Made by a program: the position numbers and the translations under genes. This document shows, piece after piece, positions 1 to 13,273 of a stretch of 57,221 nt of DNA; position 1 is the stretch's first letter; each line of letters begins with the position of its first letter. Source of the stretch: Basidiobolus meristosporus CBS 931.73. Lineage: Eukaryota; Fungi; Basidiobolomycota. The stretch is from NCBI GenBank assembly GCA_002104905.1, contig MCFE01000567.1, positions 1 to 57,221 on the forward strand, written 5' to 3'. The notes under the pieces were generated by a model that saw only the letters and a list, made by a program, of their open reading frames with translations, did no database searches and was not told the origin of the DNA.

Positions 1-2521
1 GTGAGGAATATACCTCAGAACTTTTTATCTACTTGAGTAAAATTCATTTTATAAGTCAAGAGACTACTGTACCATACTCCCAATGGCAAAATGAAGTAGC
101 AGAATGTGTAAACAGATCAGTAAATGATATAGTACCATATATGATCAAGTATTATCTTATGATTTTTGGGTGAATCAGTTGCTACAGCTGTACACCTTAG
201 AAGTAGGTGGTATACTGAATACTTTACAATTCTACTCAATTTGTATTGTGGTAAGCATATAGACTCAGTGCAGAACATCCACTAATACTTGAGTGTACAG
301 CATATGATAAGAAACTGCCTAGAAATCTGGCAAAACTTGAGTCAAAAAGTTTAAAATGCATATTTTTGGGCAACTGCAATGAGAGAAAGGCCTACAGACT
401 CTACAATACCAAAGTACAGAAGCCTATCAAGTCCAGGGATATGCTGTTTGAAGAAATTGAAGATTTTCATTAAAAATGACATCAGATGATGACAGAAATC
501 TGATCTCATGTCCACTAATAGTCAGGATGGAGTCAGAGCAAAGCAATGACATTTCTCCCTCCAGAGGACTTTGAAACTGTGGTTCATCCTGAATCAGTGT
601 CTAGGATTGTCCCAGAGGTGATAAATTCAGTATCACAAACCAGGAGATCCAACTGTACCAGATATAGCCCAAATCTCAGCATTAACAAGGTTACAAACTT
701 AGCTTACGCCAATTCAGTCCATGAAGATGAGCCTCAGACTGTAGAAGAAGACCCAAATAGCCCTCAGACAAAGTCTTGGAGATCCACAATGACTGTGAAG
801 TGCCAGGCCCTGATGGAAAATCAAGCTTGAGACTTGGTCAAGTTGCCAATTAGCCAGATATCACTAGCATGCAGGTGGGTCTTCATGACAAAATACAAAG
901 CTGATGGTGCAACTGACAGACACAAAGCAAGACTTGCACCTAACTTACTTTTAAACAAAAGAACTTGACTATACTGAAACCTTTGCACCAGTAGCCAAGC
1001 TTGATTCTGTCTAATAAGTATTGGCTACTGCAGCCTAATATAAGCTTTGTGTACATCAACTGGATTTAGAAACCTTTTTTTTGAATGAGGAACTTGATGA
1101 GGACATATATATGGACCAGCATTATGAGCTTGCTGACCACAGAATCCCTATTGGGTTTGCAAGCTTAAAAAATCTCTATATTGTATCAAACAATCACCAA
1201 GAGCCTAGAATAAGAAGAAAGATTCTTATCTGGACTCTTTGAGTCTCTAAAGGAGTAATGTTGACTATAGTGTATACTATATGCCAAGTGGAGCAAATAC
1301 AGCTCTGTTAGCACTATATGAGGATGCTCTTTTTTATAGCTGCCAACAACCTTGATAAAGTGGAAAGACTAAATCAAGGATTTCTAAGGAGCTCATGATA
1401 ATCTAGGAAAACTCAGCTACTACTTAGGGATAAGGCTCTCCATACACAAAAGCACTCAGACTATTGCCCAGGGCTAGCCCAAGTAGCTTAATGATATACC
1501 AAAGAAGTACAAAATGGAATACTGTAAACTGGCAGCTACCCCAATGGAGACAAACCTTAGCTTGGTCAAATCCCTACCAAATCAAGAGAGCTTGGTGTCA
1601 TCTGAAAGCCCTGCCATTTCTTATCACTCTATAATTTACAGTCTGATGTGTATCATGCTTGGAACATGTCCAGATATCTCATATTTAGTAGGAGCTGTCA
1701 GCCAGCAGAATCAGAACTTTGGATATAATCATATTGCAAGAGTCAAGCAGATTCTTAGATACCTAGAGGGTACTGCTGATATCTGCCTAAGCACTAAGAG
1801 AAAAATAATTGAGAAAAGGCCAACAAAATACTATCATAATACCAGCATAATTCCAAGTTTCTCAAAATTGACAACTCATAATATATCTGTTTTTTGCTGA
1901 TGGACAGGCAAGCAAACAGATTCTCCAAGAGGAGACTAGACAAACTAGCATCCATGCCAAATTTGGTAATTAGTTGCCCATCACTTCCATCAAAAATTGC
2001 ATTTGAAATTGTGAACTCAAAACACCAGCTGAATACTAGCAAAATATCATCAGAATATCAGCAGAATATCAGCTAAAAATCAGATGAATTCCAAGATTAA
2101 GATTTTTCATAGGTAAGGTACATGTACAAGGATTCACAACCAGATCTTGAAGGATAATCTGATATATCCTACCTTAGGGGCAGAGTAAATAGTAGCCTGT
2201 GAGGCTACAAACAAAGCAATGTGGTTAACAAACTTTTTTAAAGATCTAGGCTTATGTCAAACAAGCTTATTACTTTATTTCAGGATAATCAAGGATATTT
2301 ATAATTAGGTAGAAATCCAAATTCTCATGCTAGAACTAAGCACATAGATATTAGTGACCATTTCATATCAAAAGCTATAGAGAATAACTCAACCAACTTA
2401 GATTATTGCCCCAAAGATGAAATGATTTCAGACATATTTGCCAAACCATCAGCTAAAAACAAATTTGAATTTCTTAGGTCAAAATAGGACTAGTTGGTAT
2501 GAGCATATAGTTAGGTGGGAA
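1..2521 (+). pseudogene. Degraded Ty1/copia pol (integrase C-terminus, RT, RNase H), copia family A
   Basis: Colinear with the near-intact copy at 38600-40725 (e.g. MEYCKLAATPMETNLSLVK vs MEDCKPAATPMETNLNLVK). Many stops and frameshifts; interrupted by a 323-bp insert at 1792-2114. Confidence 0.9.
1792..2114. mobile_element. Non-autonomous CACTA-type element (323 bp) with 3-bp TSD AAG
   Basis: Starts CACTAAGAGAAAAATA and ends GATTTTTCATAGGT (reverse complement ACCTATGAAAAATC). Flanked by AAG on both sides; removing it restores the copia sequence (GCCTAAG-GTACATGTACAAGG vs GCTTAAGATACACTTATAAGG). Confidence 0.7.
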
Positions 2522-2870
2522 TGTTGTAATAATTTGTAACACACCTAAATACTCACCAAACATAGCCACTTAGACCATTACCTACATATCCTAGAGAATA
2601 ACTGACCAAATTCCATGTCAGAGTTTACTTTAAATATATTTACCAAAATATCAGGAACCTAGATCATCAAGATTCTAAGAGTTGTCCAAAGAGTATCACC
2701 CTTTGCACACTTGTTTTTAGGACCTTCCTAAACCTATTCTACACATTTGTTATGCCAAGACTATGTAATGATACAGATACTACTTTTGCATTGAATAATT
2801 TGTTAATTATAAACCACATAATCTACTTGTTGTTCCAATCACTTCTAATATCCCCAATACTCTTACAACA
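2522..2870 (+). repeat. 3' LTR, copia family A (diverged)
   Basis: TGTTGTAA...CTCTTACAACA, preceded by purine tract AGGTGGGA; homologous to the LTRs at 36425 and 40737. Confidence 0.9.
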
Positions 2871-2899
2871 GAGAGTACAATAGACACTTTTAGGCAATA

Positions 2900-4450
2900 A
2901 GGATGCCAAGAGATATTGGCTAATGCTGAATGAATTTTTTATGCTTTCTAACAGGATATTACTAAATGGCCATCATATCAAAGCACCTATTATTATCTGC
3001 AGAGGAGATACTCCAGCCATCTGCAAATTAGCCAGCTTTTCTGGGCACAATGGATGGTGTTGCTGTCAAATGTGTGAAAACCAGGGGATATACTTCATAA
3101 CTTCCACACATTATTATTATCCAAACACCAACACCAAGAGCATCATTGTCTCACAGAACATACAGAAGTCAGCATGCAATTGCAGCAAAGCTGGCAAGCT
3201 AAATGTCATTGGCCAGAAAGTGGAAATAATTGAAAACCAGAGATACTTGGGATAGAGGGTATCTGTTGGAACAAATGCTCTCCACTGGGAGCAATGCATT
3301 TGTTTTTCAACAATATCTCTATACCAATGAGCAAGTTGTACACAGGGGAGTTCAAGCTAAATGAACACTTTGAGATACCAGAGAAAGTTGAAAGAATGGC
3401 AAGATATTACTGAGTATCTTCTGCCCAAAGTACTTCTCATGGCATTAATCAATATTTCTGCATATGCAACAATGCAAATGCAAGGACTAAATGAACTGGA
3501 TATGCATTTTTCAGGTGGCCTTCTGAGGCCATCTCTATTAAGAGTATATTGGAAGTATTGGGAGTTGTAGGCTGACATTGTAGGAATATTTATCCAGCAG
3601 CAGATCACCAATGCCAACTTGATGCCTCTATTACTTGTATGCAAGGAGTTTGTGACAGGATTTGGACAGCTATGCTATGAGCATAAAGCTGAATGCATAG
3701 ATATCTGCCATTACTGTACCCATTCTCTGCTTCATCTTACTTGCTATGTGGAGAATATTGGGCTTTGCTTCACCTTTTGGGAGATTCCTACAGAGCAGGT
3801 GTTTGCAGAGATAGCAAGACAAGCGAAGTTGCATGTACTACCATATCCCAATCTCCTCAAAAGTATTACCTTCAAGTCCGTCATAGATGTGATGAATTGG
3901 CACATGGAGGACAGCCAGACATTCAGGAGAAATTCATGACAAGAGTGGCTGCAACCAAGCATATGTTTGCAAGAAGTATATATTAGTAGCAATACAAAGT
4001 ACATGGCAATGTAGCAAGTGTCATGCTGAAAGGCTGTAAAGTTGAGGTGATATAAGTGTGTCAAATGCAGCAGGTGTGCACATATGTAGAGGTTAGTCAG
4101 CAGGAGACAAAGGTATTTCTGGTTCAAGCTTTGTGTGGAATATCCATGGTAGTTGTGGATAAGCAAATGAAGAAGGGTGATTCTACAGTGGAATATATCT
4201 GTGGCACCAAGGGAACTAGAAAAAGAAAACACCAATTGGCAAACTTGTATGGTAGCATTACACAGAACTAGCTGTAGGCTGCTATACTGCCAATATAATG
4301 CTGGCAGAGGTTTGCAATGAGACCTTCAGGACACCATCAAGTTTCCTACAATATAAGGCAGCTAAATGTATTGGCTGGTTAGGTCTGCCTAAACAAATGT
4401 AGTGCACATTAAGACCATTGAAATACCAAGCTGTTCATGCCAAAAGACTG
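2900..4450 (+). pseudogene. CACTA/EnSpm-like transposase relic and downstream region
   Basis: HIKAPIIICRGDTPAICKLASFSGHNGWCCCQMC motif typical of Tnp2/Transposase_21-type proteins, followed by C-terminal segments also found at 15215-15960, 34770-36424 and 41087-41570; multiple stops. Confidence 0.75.
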
Positions 4451-4899
4451 CCAAAACTTGGTCAAGTATTTTAGTTTATTTGGCAATAAAATCAGCAAAA
4501 TGCCATACACCCATGAGACCAAATTATTCTTCATGGGGTATTATTACAGTGTAGTGGTGTTGAGGAACTCCTGGGAGAAGCTACAAAACTCAAGGTGTGT
4601 GAGGTGTAGTAGGTCCTGCAAGGTTTTAAAAGGCACTGCAAATCCAACCAATCAGGGATCAGTAGTCTGAAGCCCATGCCACATAGAGATACCATACATG
4701 GTATTGAAATGGCAGGGATGGTAGCAAAAACTTAGGTCATATTTCATGGGTATTGACATGGGTACTTCTCCAATGTAGCTACTTGTACTGAATACAAAGC
4801 TGAATAACATCTGGGATAATTAATGCTAATAACTAATCAGGGTGAGCATCATATGGGGGTAATACCATTAATATGGGCAAAAGAAGATTGGGATAATAT

Positions 4900-5560
4900 T
4901 GATAAGATAAAGTATGGATGAGTGCATCATAATAGCTATATGAATAAACTTGTTGGTTGAAGGTATGTTTACCCTACCACAGCAGTCTAGTCAGTGAGAA
5001 TGTCTCCTTGACTGAGGAGTGCAATGGTAGTATCATCAGTGCTGTAGTACAGAAAGTCTTTAGCTATTTCCTGTTCAGAGAGGGTGCACATCTTGCAGAG
5101 CTTCCCCCATTGGAGTATGAAGCTTTCCTCATTTTTTCCATCAAACTAGTGGGCCCCATGTGAGAGTAATAGAGGGATTGAACTCATGTCAAATAAATGG
5201 GTTGGTGCTATAGTTCTGCCAATATAGGTATTCTCTCTTCAATATGTAAATTATGGCTTAAATCTTCTGGTTAATCCTGCTGGGTTTTAGGGCGCCTGTG
5301 TGAATCCCCCATGTTGGGAGCCAAATATTTGGTGGTGTATAAGTCCAAGGGAGAGATAGTCTAACAATTCTCAATTGTTTTGTGTGTGGAGTGCTCACTG
5401 GGTGCAATAACCTCTGGCAAAAGGTTGCTAACAATACTTTGATTCTGTCTCTACTCTAATGTCAAGGGAAATAACGCCACAAGCTTGTTAAGGGAAAACT
5501 ATCAAACTACAATTCCCAACCTAGTTGGCTTCTTAATTAAAGTATGTGCTGAGTTCAGCA
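4900..5560 (-). mobile_element. Gypsy-like relic (family C): LTR end, decayed tRNA-Lys-type PBS, gag N-terminus
   Basis: Reverse complement is homologous to 46400-47140. PBS-like TGGCTCCCAACATGGGG at 5323-5307. Confidence 0.6.
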
Positions 5561-6119
5561 CCCTTTGAGATGAAAATGTGCCAAAGCTTCCAATGTCAAA
5601 GCAACTACAAACTCAACCTGCAAAGACTAAGTAGGCATGCAGCCATGGTTAATGTTTACAGAGACAGAAAAGTATCTTTGCCTGTACAAGAAAGAACTTG
5701 GGAAGAATCAAACATAATAGAAGATAACTACTATCAGTAATCCTAACAAGTAGTGCTTCCAAAGTCAGTTGGAAATCAGTATGTGTTCCTGCTCATGAGA
5801 AATAGGGAAGTAAAGAATATGGGATCGGCCTATTTTTCAGTGGGTGTAACTGTGACCTCACTACACCAAACAATCAATCACCTCCAACATTAGTGTATAT
5901 TGTTTGAATGTGGCCTCTTTTTCACACTTCTGAGGTTCTGGCTCAATCAATTCTCTTACTTTTGAGAATAGGAGTGTATATGTATCCATTTAAACCTCTG
6001 TTATACCTCAATTACCAATTGTACTGACCCACACAGGTCTTTATATCCAACACTAGCATTAATTCCAACCCCACACTCAATATGTATCTCCATTAAAATC
6101 CACCATTCAAGAAGTGTTT

Positions 6120-6400
6120 CTACTGCGATGCACTTTCTGTGACTTTGACAGGAATTCTGTGGCTTTATGCCACTGTTCACTCACTGGTTCCCATATGTCC
6201 TGGTTTTCAGCTGGCACTGCAAGGTCTAGCACCTCATCTGCCACTCTGTGCAATAAATCCTTGGAATATTCAAGTGCATTTTCTTAAGCTTTTGCTCCAA
6301 TTGAATCCCGCCATTGTATGTATCTTTAGTTTTCAAGTAAATCCAAATCTGGCTTATGGCTTATAGCTTGCCAGCTTTGCTGCAATTGCATGCTGAGCAC
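6120..6400 (-). mobile_element. Gypsy-like gag fragment (family D)
   Basis: Homologous to 34050-34240 and, inverted, to 29800-30020. Confidence 0.5.
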
Positions 6401-6536
6401 TGTGCATTATTTTTGTGAGAAGACAATCTTTTTAGCATTGGTATTTAGATAATAATAATATTTGTGAGCAATGGATTGAATCCCCTGGATCTCACACTTA
6501 CAACAGTAATACCTTCCATTTTGCCTCAAAAAGCCA

Positions 6537-6920
6537 GTGGTCCAACAAAAATAATTTGGTCCTGCTGGTGGATCCATTCTGGATTGGCTGTCCAGATCCC
6601 ATTGGGAGACTGCTACAGTACCAGCAGCTTGGAATTAATGACCATCCACATATGACAGGTTCACTATGGCATTTGGCTAACTTTACAGCTAAATAAAGGT
6701 AAAAACATAATGGTGTTTGAACAGCAATTTACCAAGGGTGGTATGGTATTGTGTGCTCTTAGTGTGCTATACAATTATTTGAGTGGATCTAACCAGCCAG
6801 TACATCCAAGTGCCTAAAATGGCAGAAAACTTGACAGTGTTTTGATGGCCTCTTTGCAAGCCACTGATGGCATTATCATGGCAGCATGGTGGCCTACAAT
6901 TAGTTATGTATAATGCTACC
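6537..6920 (-). mobile_element. CACTA-like element 3' terminal region
   Basis: Homologous to 34392-34770 and 35366-35760, and inverted to 4270-4450 and 9790-9942. Confidence 0.6.
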
Positions 6921-7239
6921 ATGTCAAAAACTCCAAAGACAGTTGCAATGACCACAGTAAATATTAGACAATACAGGTACAGCAAAAGGTTGCAGCACTG
7001 CTTCCAGAGCAATACTCCAGAAAAGACACTGGAGTATTGCAGGTATTGTTTAAAAGACCAGCAGACAAGGTCCTTGTTGCAATTTAAGAAGAATTGTGAG
7101 TATAAGGAACTTATGATGAAATAATGCTGATAGTTGAAATGTTGTTCATTCTTAAAGAAGCGCAGTATTTATACCTTGGCCGAAGTAAAGCAGCTGTAAC
7201 ACTAAGTAAGGAGGGTTTTCAGCATATACAACAGCATAC

Positions 7240-8340
7240 CCAGTGGCAGAGCATCTGTTAGTTCAATCCCTAACCCAAGCTGAATCACTACAGCCATTAA
7301 ATCTTTGCCTATTAGTTGATTCAAAGTATTCCATCAATACAAATTTGGCTGCTGAAGAAAATGTTTCCTTCAGTTCTGGTCCACAGGTATGGGAACAGCA
7401 GCTGGCCACCAATGTAGCGTTACACTTAACAATGGTAGCATTTATGGCTATCTTGATCTTGTAGACCCATGTTTAGCCTATTGGCAATCTCCCAGCAGAT
7501 AGTTAGGCAAGTTCTTATATTTTGCCCAATCAGTACTTGATACTCTTCCTGCTTGGCTTGTTGTCACATGGCAGCTTTTGGATCTTGGATTGCCTGTTCC
7601 AGAATCTGATGTTTAGTACATAAGGCAAAATCTGCTTCCTCATAGTCATTGGATGTCTGCCACCAAGGTCCTGGGGCATTTCTTTTGCTGGCAGATCCCC
7701 TAACAGGTATAACCAAAATAATCTGGAGCTATTTGCACATTTAGCCACTCCATTTTGATGCTTAGTATGCTGAAGAGTGGTTTGTTGTAGTATACCAACA
7801 ATTAGGCAGTACTTTGCAACCTCCTTAGAAGAGCATCCCATTCATTATCACTTTGAAGTACCTTCAATATGTACCCAGTATATATTTCTGCAATGTTATT
7901 GAAGTGTTTAAGCATTGCTGGAGCCTTATCCTTTGCCTTGAGGGTGTACACTCATGAATATGTCTTCTTGTTGCCAATAAAAGTCATAGAATAACTCTTG
8001 GCTCCAAAGAATAGTTTTCCTGTGGGCCCACATACTACTAAGTGCACAATGGCAAGTATTTATTAGAGTGCCACCAGAGCACCCAATGCATTATTTATCT
8101 TATTTGCCATATGAACACTCCTTACAGATACTTGATTTGATTGGAAATGAGTCATTAGGGCTAAAAGCAAGTGGATTATTCAGCAATTGGCTCATTTTCT
8201 GTTCTGCAATGTCAGTCAGTTACTTCAGTATAGCAGTGTTAGCATACTAGGTAAAGTGATCTTGCATTGTAGCTTGTTTGTATTGTGATCTCTAACTCAC
8301 AAAGCTAACTTTTGTCTTATGTGGATTGTGAGCCTATCCC
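7240..8340 (-). pseudogene. Degraded Ty1/copia fragment (GAG-pre-integrase, integrase, RT start)
   Basis: Integrase-like QQTTLQHTKHQNGVAKCANS (ORF 7530-7841) and WVYKIK-type RT start near 7470. Confidence 0.65.
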
Positions 8341-10739
8341 TGCTCATATCAACTCCCAGATTGAGACCAGCAAGATCTAGATGTGTGATTAGATGACACC
8401 AGTGAAAAAAGAATTTCCAGGATACCTTATGGACCTAACAGAGTACAGTAATCCATCAACTGGTAAATGATAAGATGTAGTGGGAACAGAAGTGGCACAT
8501 GTCTACTAAGTATAGTAGAAGGGGCCTTGAGGATTTACTGTAATTTATTTGCATAACTGTTGCAGGATGTAACTTAACTTGTTCAGGTTACCACTGGATC
8601 ACGGTCATACAGCAGGCTAAATATGAATTAGAGAGCTTCCTGATACCGGCATGGGCTAATAGTTGCACAGCATTCAAAAAATGCAGCCATTGCTACATAT
8701 TCAACTTGACCACAACTAGCCATCCCAGAAGAAAAAGATTATTCTCATTCTGGATATACTCCAGTAAGAACCTGTCTAAAGAAGCTCCTGCAGCCTAGCA
8801 AATATTGAGATGCTATTAAGTACCACACCCTGTATCAATCAAGAGCAAACATTATGTGCTACCAAGAAGTTGCAAAAATAGCAGTCTTGAAATAATTCTG
8901 GTATTCATCAGGTATTCTACAATTAACTTGTTCAAATTATTAGCTGAAGTTTTGAATAGAAGCAGTTAGCAGTTGGTGACCATAATTGCCATAAATGCTA
9001 GCTTGCCTAGTTGTGTGCCTCAAAGTTTGAGAGATAAAACCAGCACAAGATCAGCAGAGCACTATCATAGTAGCAGTTGATCCCTAACTTTATTAAGTGT
9101 GACAATCCTCAATAACTGAAGTGCTAGCACTACAGAATATAAGCCAACATCCTTTCCAGGGAGTGACCAAGCCTGCTTCCATTTTCCCTGAGTTCAATAA
9201 TCAGCTGCTCATTATTTCTACCATAAAGTGCAAAAGGAAATTAAAAGTAGAAATGCCAGTGTAATACTTTAAGAATATCCGGTGAATACTAGCTAAAATA
9301 TATTGAATTTAACTCTGAGCCTTTTGCTATGGCTGGGACTGCACCTATAAGGGGACCAGAATCCTGCAGGAAGAGCACATCCAACAGTCAAGTACCAAAA
9401 AGAATTTTGGAGATATGGAAGAGGTATTGCCAATAAAAGTTGTGTCAAACAAGCACACACTTGTAGGATGTATGTGTTATCAGCAATACCTGGAGTATGG
9501 GAGCTCTTTATATATCACTCTGAAATGCTGTAGAGTTGTGACAGCAGGTAGGCAAATAAAAAGGTGTAATTTTGCAGAGGACTAAATTAATGGCCGGGAG
9601 GAGGTAAAAATATGAGATACCATTAGTTAAACTGGTACAGTTTTATTATACATGACTAGCTATAGGCCTCTGAACTGTCAAGATGATACTAACATAGGCC
9701 CATTAGAAGGCTGGTCTAAATATATTTAGACCACATAAAGACCATCTAAATGCCAGGAAAACCCTTCCAAGTGTATCACTTTTTTTGGCTATACATTCAG
9801 CAAAACATTATCACAATTCCACCAGAATATTGTCAGGGGTGTTACAAACTCCAAGCTGCTGGCATCTTAGTGGCCTTTTGTGGGATCCCAATGGCTGGTC
9901 CGGATTGGATCCACCCACAAGATCAAGTTATTTCTCATTGGGCATAACAAGCCGCTGTCCTACTATTCTTCAGCTGGTGTCTGCAATAGTGCATAGTTGG
10001 AACTAGATAACCTTACTTGTATTTGGGCTGCACATATATTGAATCAGGTTAAGCCTTAGGGGACATACTGCATCTATATGTGCATATGGTGATGCCACTT
10101 TAGTTATAGAGCTTGCTCTGGTGAGAGATCAATGATTCTTATATTTCATCTTGCTGTAGTGTTTCATAGACAAGACTGTTTTTAAACTTACATTAACATT
10201 AACAAAAAGTAATATAATAACATGATGTTATTGAATACCAATTTGTTGGCCTCATGGACAAGACAACTTATACTGAATGCCACAACAGCAGAGCAAGTAA
10301 AGCATGTGTGGATTGCAACATATCTCACAGCCATCAAGAATGTGAAGGGCATAGAATGACTATCCATATTTCAGTCTGTGGTTTGAAGCAAAAGTCATAC
10401 ATGAGCATTCATCAGTGCAGAACTAACAATATCATGCAAGGTACTTGATGCTTATACAAAGACACCAAGCAACACTTGCAACCTTACACTGGCTGAGTTG
10501 GGTGAGCTTTTGACAGCCTACAGCTAACCTCAGTCTTCTGAATATGGCCTGTACAATAATGACACTAGTGAAGAAGGTTCACTGATAGGTTGTGAGAATA
10601 GTCCTTGTTAAACCAGAGGAATTGAGATAATTGGTAATATGTTACAGCAAATTCACAATCCAATATACTTCACATCAGCTCCAATTAATAATTTACATAT
10701 ACAACAATAAAAATACAAGGGTGGAATAAATGCATATAT

Positions 10740-10920
10740 TTCTATAAAAGTATGCTTCTAGGAACTTTCTTACCCAGAGTACATTGGAAGCATTGGGAGT
10801 CATATTTGGGAATTGCAGGTATATTTATCCAGAAACAGATCACAAAAGCCAATTTTGCAGCTTAACAACCTTTTTGCAAGGAATTTATTATGGAATTAGA
10901 GCAGCTATTCCATATACGTG
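10740..10920 (+). pseudogene. CACTA transposase fragment, continues at 15215 after the gypsy insertion
   Basis: Aligns with 3500-3680; joins 15215 onward without a gap once one 4-bp TSD copy is removed. Confidence 0.7.
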
Positions 10921-11295
10921 TGTTACAAGTCTTGGTATAAAAGTTATAGAGGAATAGGGAGTTTAGCTAGTATTATATTCACTAAAACCTGAACTCCTCT
11001 TGATTGAGATTCCAGCAGCTCCTTATATACATTTTGCCAGATCAATTGCTGACTAATTGTATTCCCTGATGTAGGCTGTGGCTGATGACTCATTTAATTG
11101 CATCATCATCACCCAATAAGATCCTACTTAATATATATATATATTTCTGTCTGATAAGGATCTGCTGATTCATTTGCTGACTAATGTTACTGACTTGATA
11201 GATAATACTGATATACTGATAACCTAAACAAATAACTAATTGATTTGACTAAAAAAACTGATCTAATTTAAACATCCTAGGGGCATATCATAACA
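10921..11295 (-). repeat. 3' LTR of gypsy family B
   Basis: TGTTATGAT...CTTGTAACA on the minus strand, preceded by purine-rich AGCAGGGGATAA. Confidence 0.85.
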
Positions 11296-11299
11296 TTAT

Positions 11300-12885
11300 C
11301 CCCTGCTAAAGTTAAGAGCGTTCTCCTGAATCTCTTTTCTTGTGATACCAATACCTTGATGGTTCAGTATTATCAGCAAGTCTTGCAAGCTTGAGTCTGT
11401 CCCTATGCACTAAGTCTTCCCGGATATTGACTTGTTTGTCCACCAGTTGGTAAGTTGCAAATGGACATTCTCTGATGATCTTGAATGGTCCTGTCCATTA
11501 TGGCTCAAACTTCTTCCAATTGTTGTTTCTTAGCAATACAAAGTTCCCAACTATCAATGCTTCTGGTGCTATAGTCTTAGCAAATCTCTGCTTCATCTTT
11601 TCTGCACCTTGAGATACTTTTGCCTATGCCTCTTGTCCTCTTTGTTCCAATTGCTGGTGTCTACTGGGCTGACTAAGTTCATCTTCTAAGGCATCTGTAA
11701 GCTTTAGTTGTGTGAGTTATCCTGGAGTCCTTGGTTCACATCCATACACTACGTAAAATGGTGATTGTTGGGTAGTGTTGTGAACTCTGCAGGCAAAAAG
11801 TGCTTGATCTATGTACTCATCCCATCTGCTGAGAGCTGCATTTTCATACTTGGTCAGCATTTTTCCAAATAATCCATTAAAGCATTCAGTGACTCCATTA
11901 GTTGTGGGGTGATATGCCATGGTTTTCAAGTGTTTAATCTGATGCATTTCCAGGTAAGCCTCCAATGTCTTTGCCATAAAGTTTGCACCTCTATTGGATA
12001 GAATCTCTACAAGGCATCCAAACTTCATAAGAATCTCATGGTAGATGAAAATTGCAACTTCTTGTTCACTGGCTATAGGTACAGCTTTAGCCACTGGCCA
12101 TTTTGTAGCATGGTCAACTGCTACTAGGATCCAATGGGTGCATTTCCTGGTAGTTGGCAGTCTTCCAATAAAGTCAATTCCCCATTTTTCCAATGGTCTT
12201 ACAGGCTCCAAGGGAAAGAGTTTGGCAACTCTCTCTGATTGGCCTTGGTTGATTTGGCAATTTGGGCATGTTTTCACTAGCTTCTCAATGTCTTGCTTCA
12301 TTCTGGGCCACCATGCTCTGGCTTTCACAAGACTATAGGTTCCTTCAATTCCAAGATGTCCATATTCATTGTGTAGCTTATGTATTAAATCCAGGCAAGA
12401 AACATAAGGGCAATAGACAATGGGCTTCCATCAACATTTTGGTAGAGTGTTTCATCCTGTACCACAAATTTGCTGGCTTCATCACAGATTATCTTTTTGA
12501 TACCTTCATCCACCTCATTAGGAATGACTTGGTCCTCCAAGTACTTTGGTAATAGGCTAGGCCAATCTGATTCATGCACCAAGTTGAGTTGTGCAACTTG
12601 ATCTAATCTTGATAAGGCATCAGCAACTGTGTTGTTTTTTCCAGGGCAGTAGACAATCTGCAAGTCAAATTGCTGAATGTATTCACTCCATCTTGTCACT
12701 CTTCTAGAGAGTACCTTCTGAGTAAATATATACCTGAGGGAGTCATGATCAGTCTTCACAGTGCATTTGACTCCTTCAATATAGCATCTCCATGTCTTCA
12801 AACAGTGTATTATAGCAAGCATCTCCTTCTCATGGACTGGATAGTTTTGTTCTGCTGAGTTCAGTTTCTTGGATTCAAAGGCAAC
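11300..12885 (-). pseudogene. Gypsy RNase H and integrase (frameshifted)
   Basis: ORFs 12385-12822 (MLAIIHCLKTWRCYIEG...TDHDSL) and 11717-12328 (CPNCQ, WGIDFIG, YHPTTNGVTE). Confidence 0.85.
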
Positions 12886-12902
12886 AGGGTAGTCCTTTCC
12901 CT

Positions 12903-13270
12903 TGTTATGATCTGCCGCTTGAATGTTTAAGTTAGATCAGTTTTTAGTCAAATCAATTAGTATATGTTTAGGTTATCAGTATATCAGTATTATCTATGAA
13001 ATCAGTAGCATTAGTCAGCAAATGAATCAGCAGATCCTTATCAGACAGAAAAAGATATATTAAGTAGGATCTTATTGGGTGATGATGATGCAATCAAATG
13101 AGTCATCAGCCACAACCTACATTAGGAAATACAATTAGTCAGCAATTGATCTGGCAAAATGTATATAAGGAGCTGCTGGAACCTCAATAAAAATCAGTTC
13201 AAGTTTTAGTGAATACAATACTAGCTAAACTCCCTATTCCTCTACAACTCTTATACCAAGACTTGTAACA
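12903..13270 (+). repeat. Solo LTR of gypsy family B inserted antisense into a family-B element
   Basis: TGTTATGATC...CTTGTAACA with perfect 4-bp TSD CCCT. Confidence 0.9.
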
Positions 13271-13273
13271 CCC

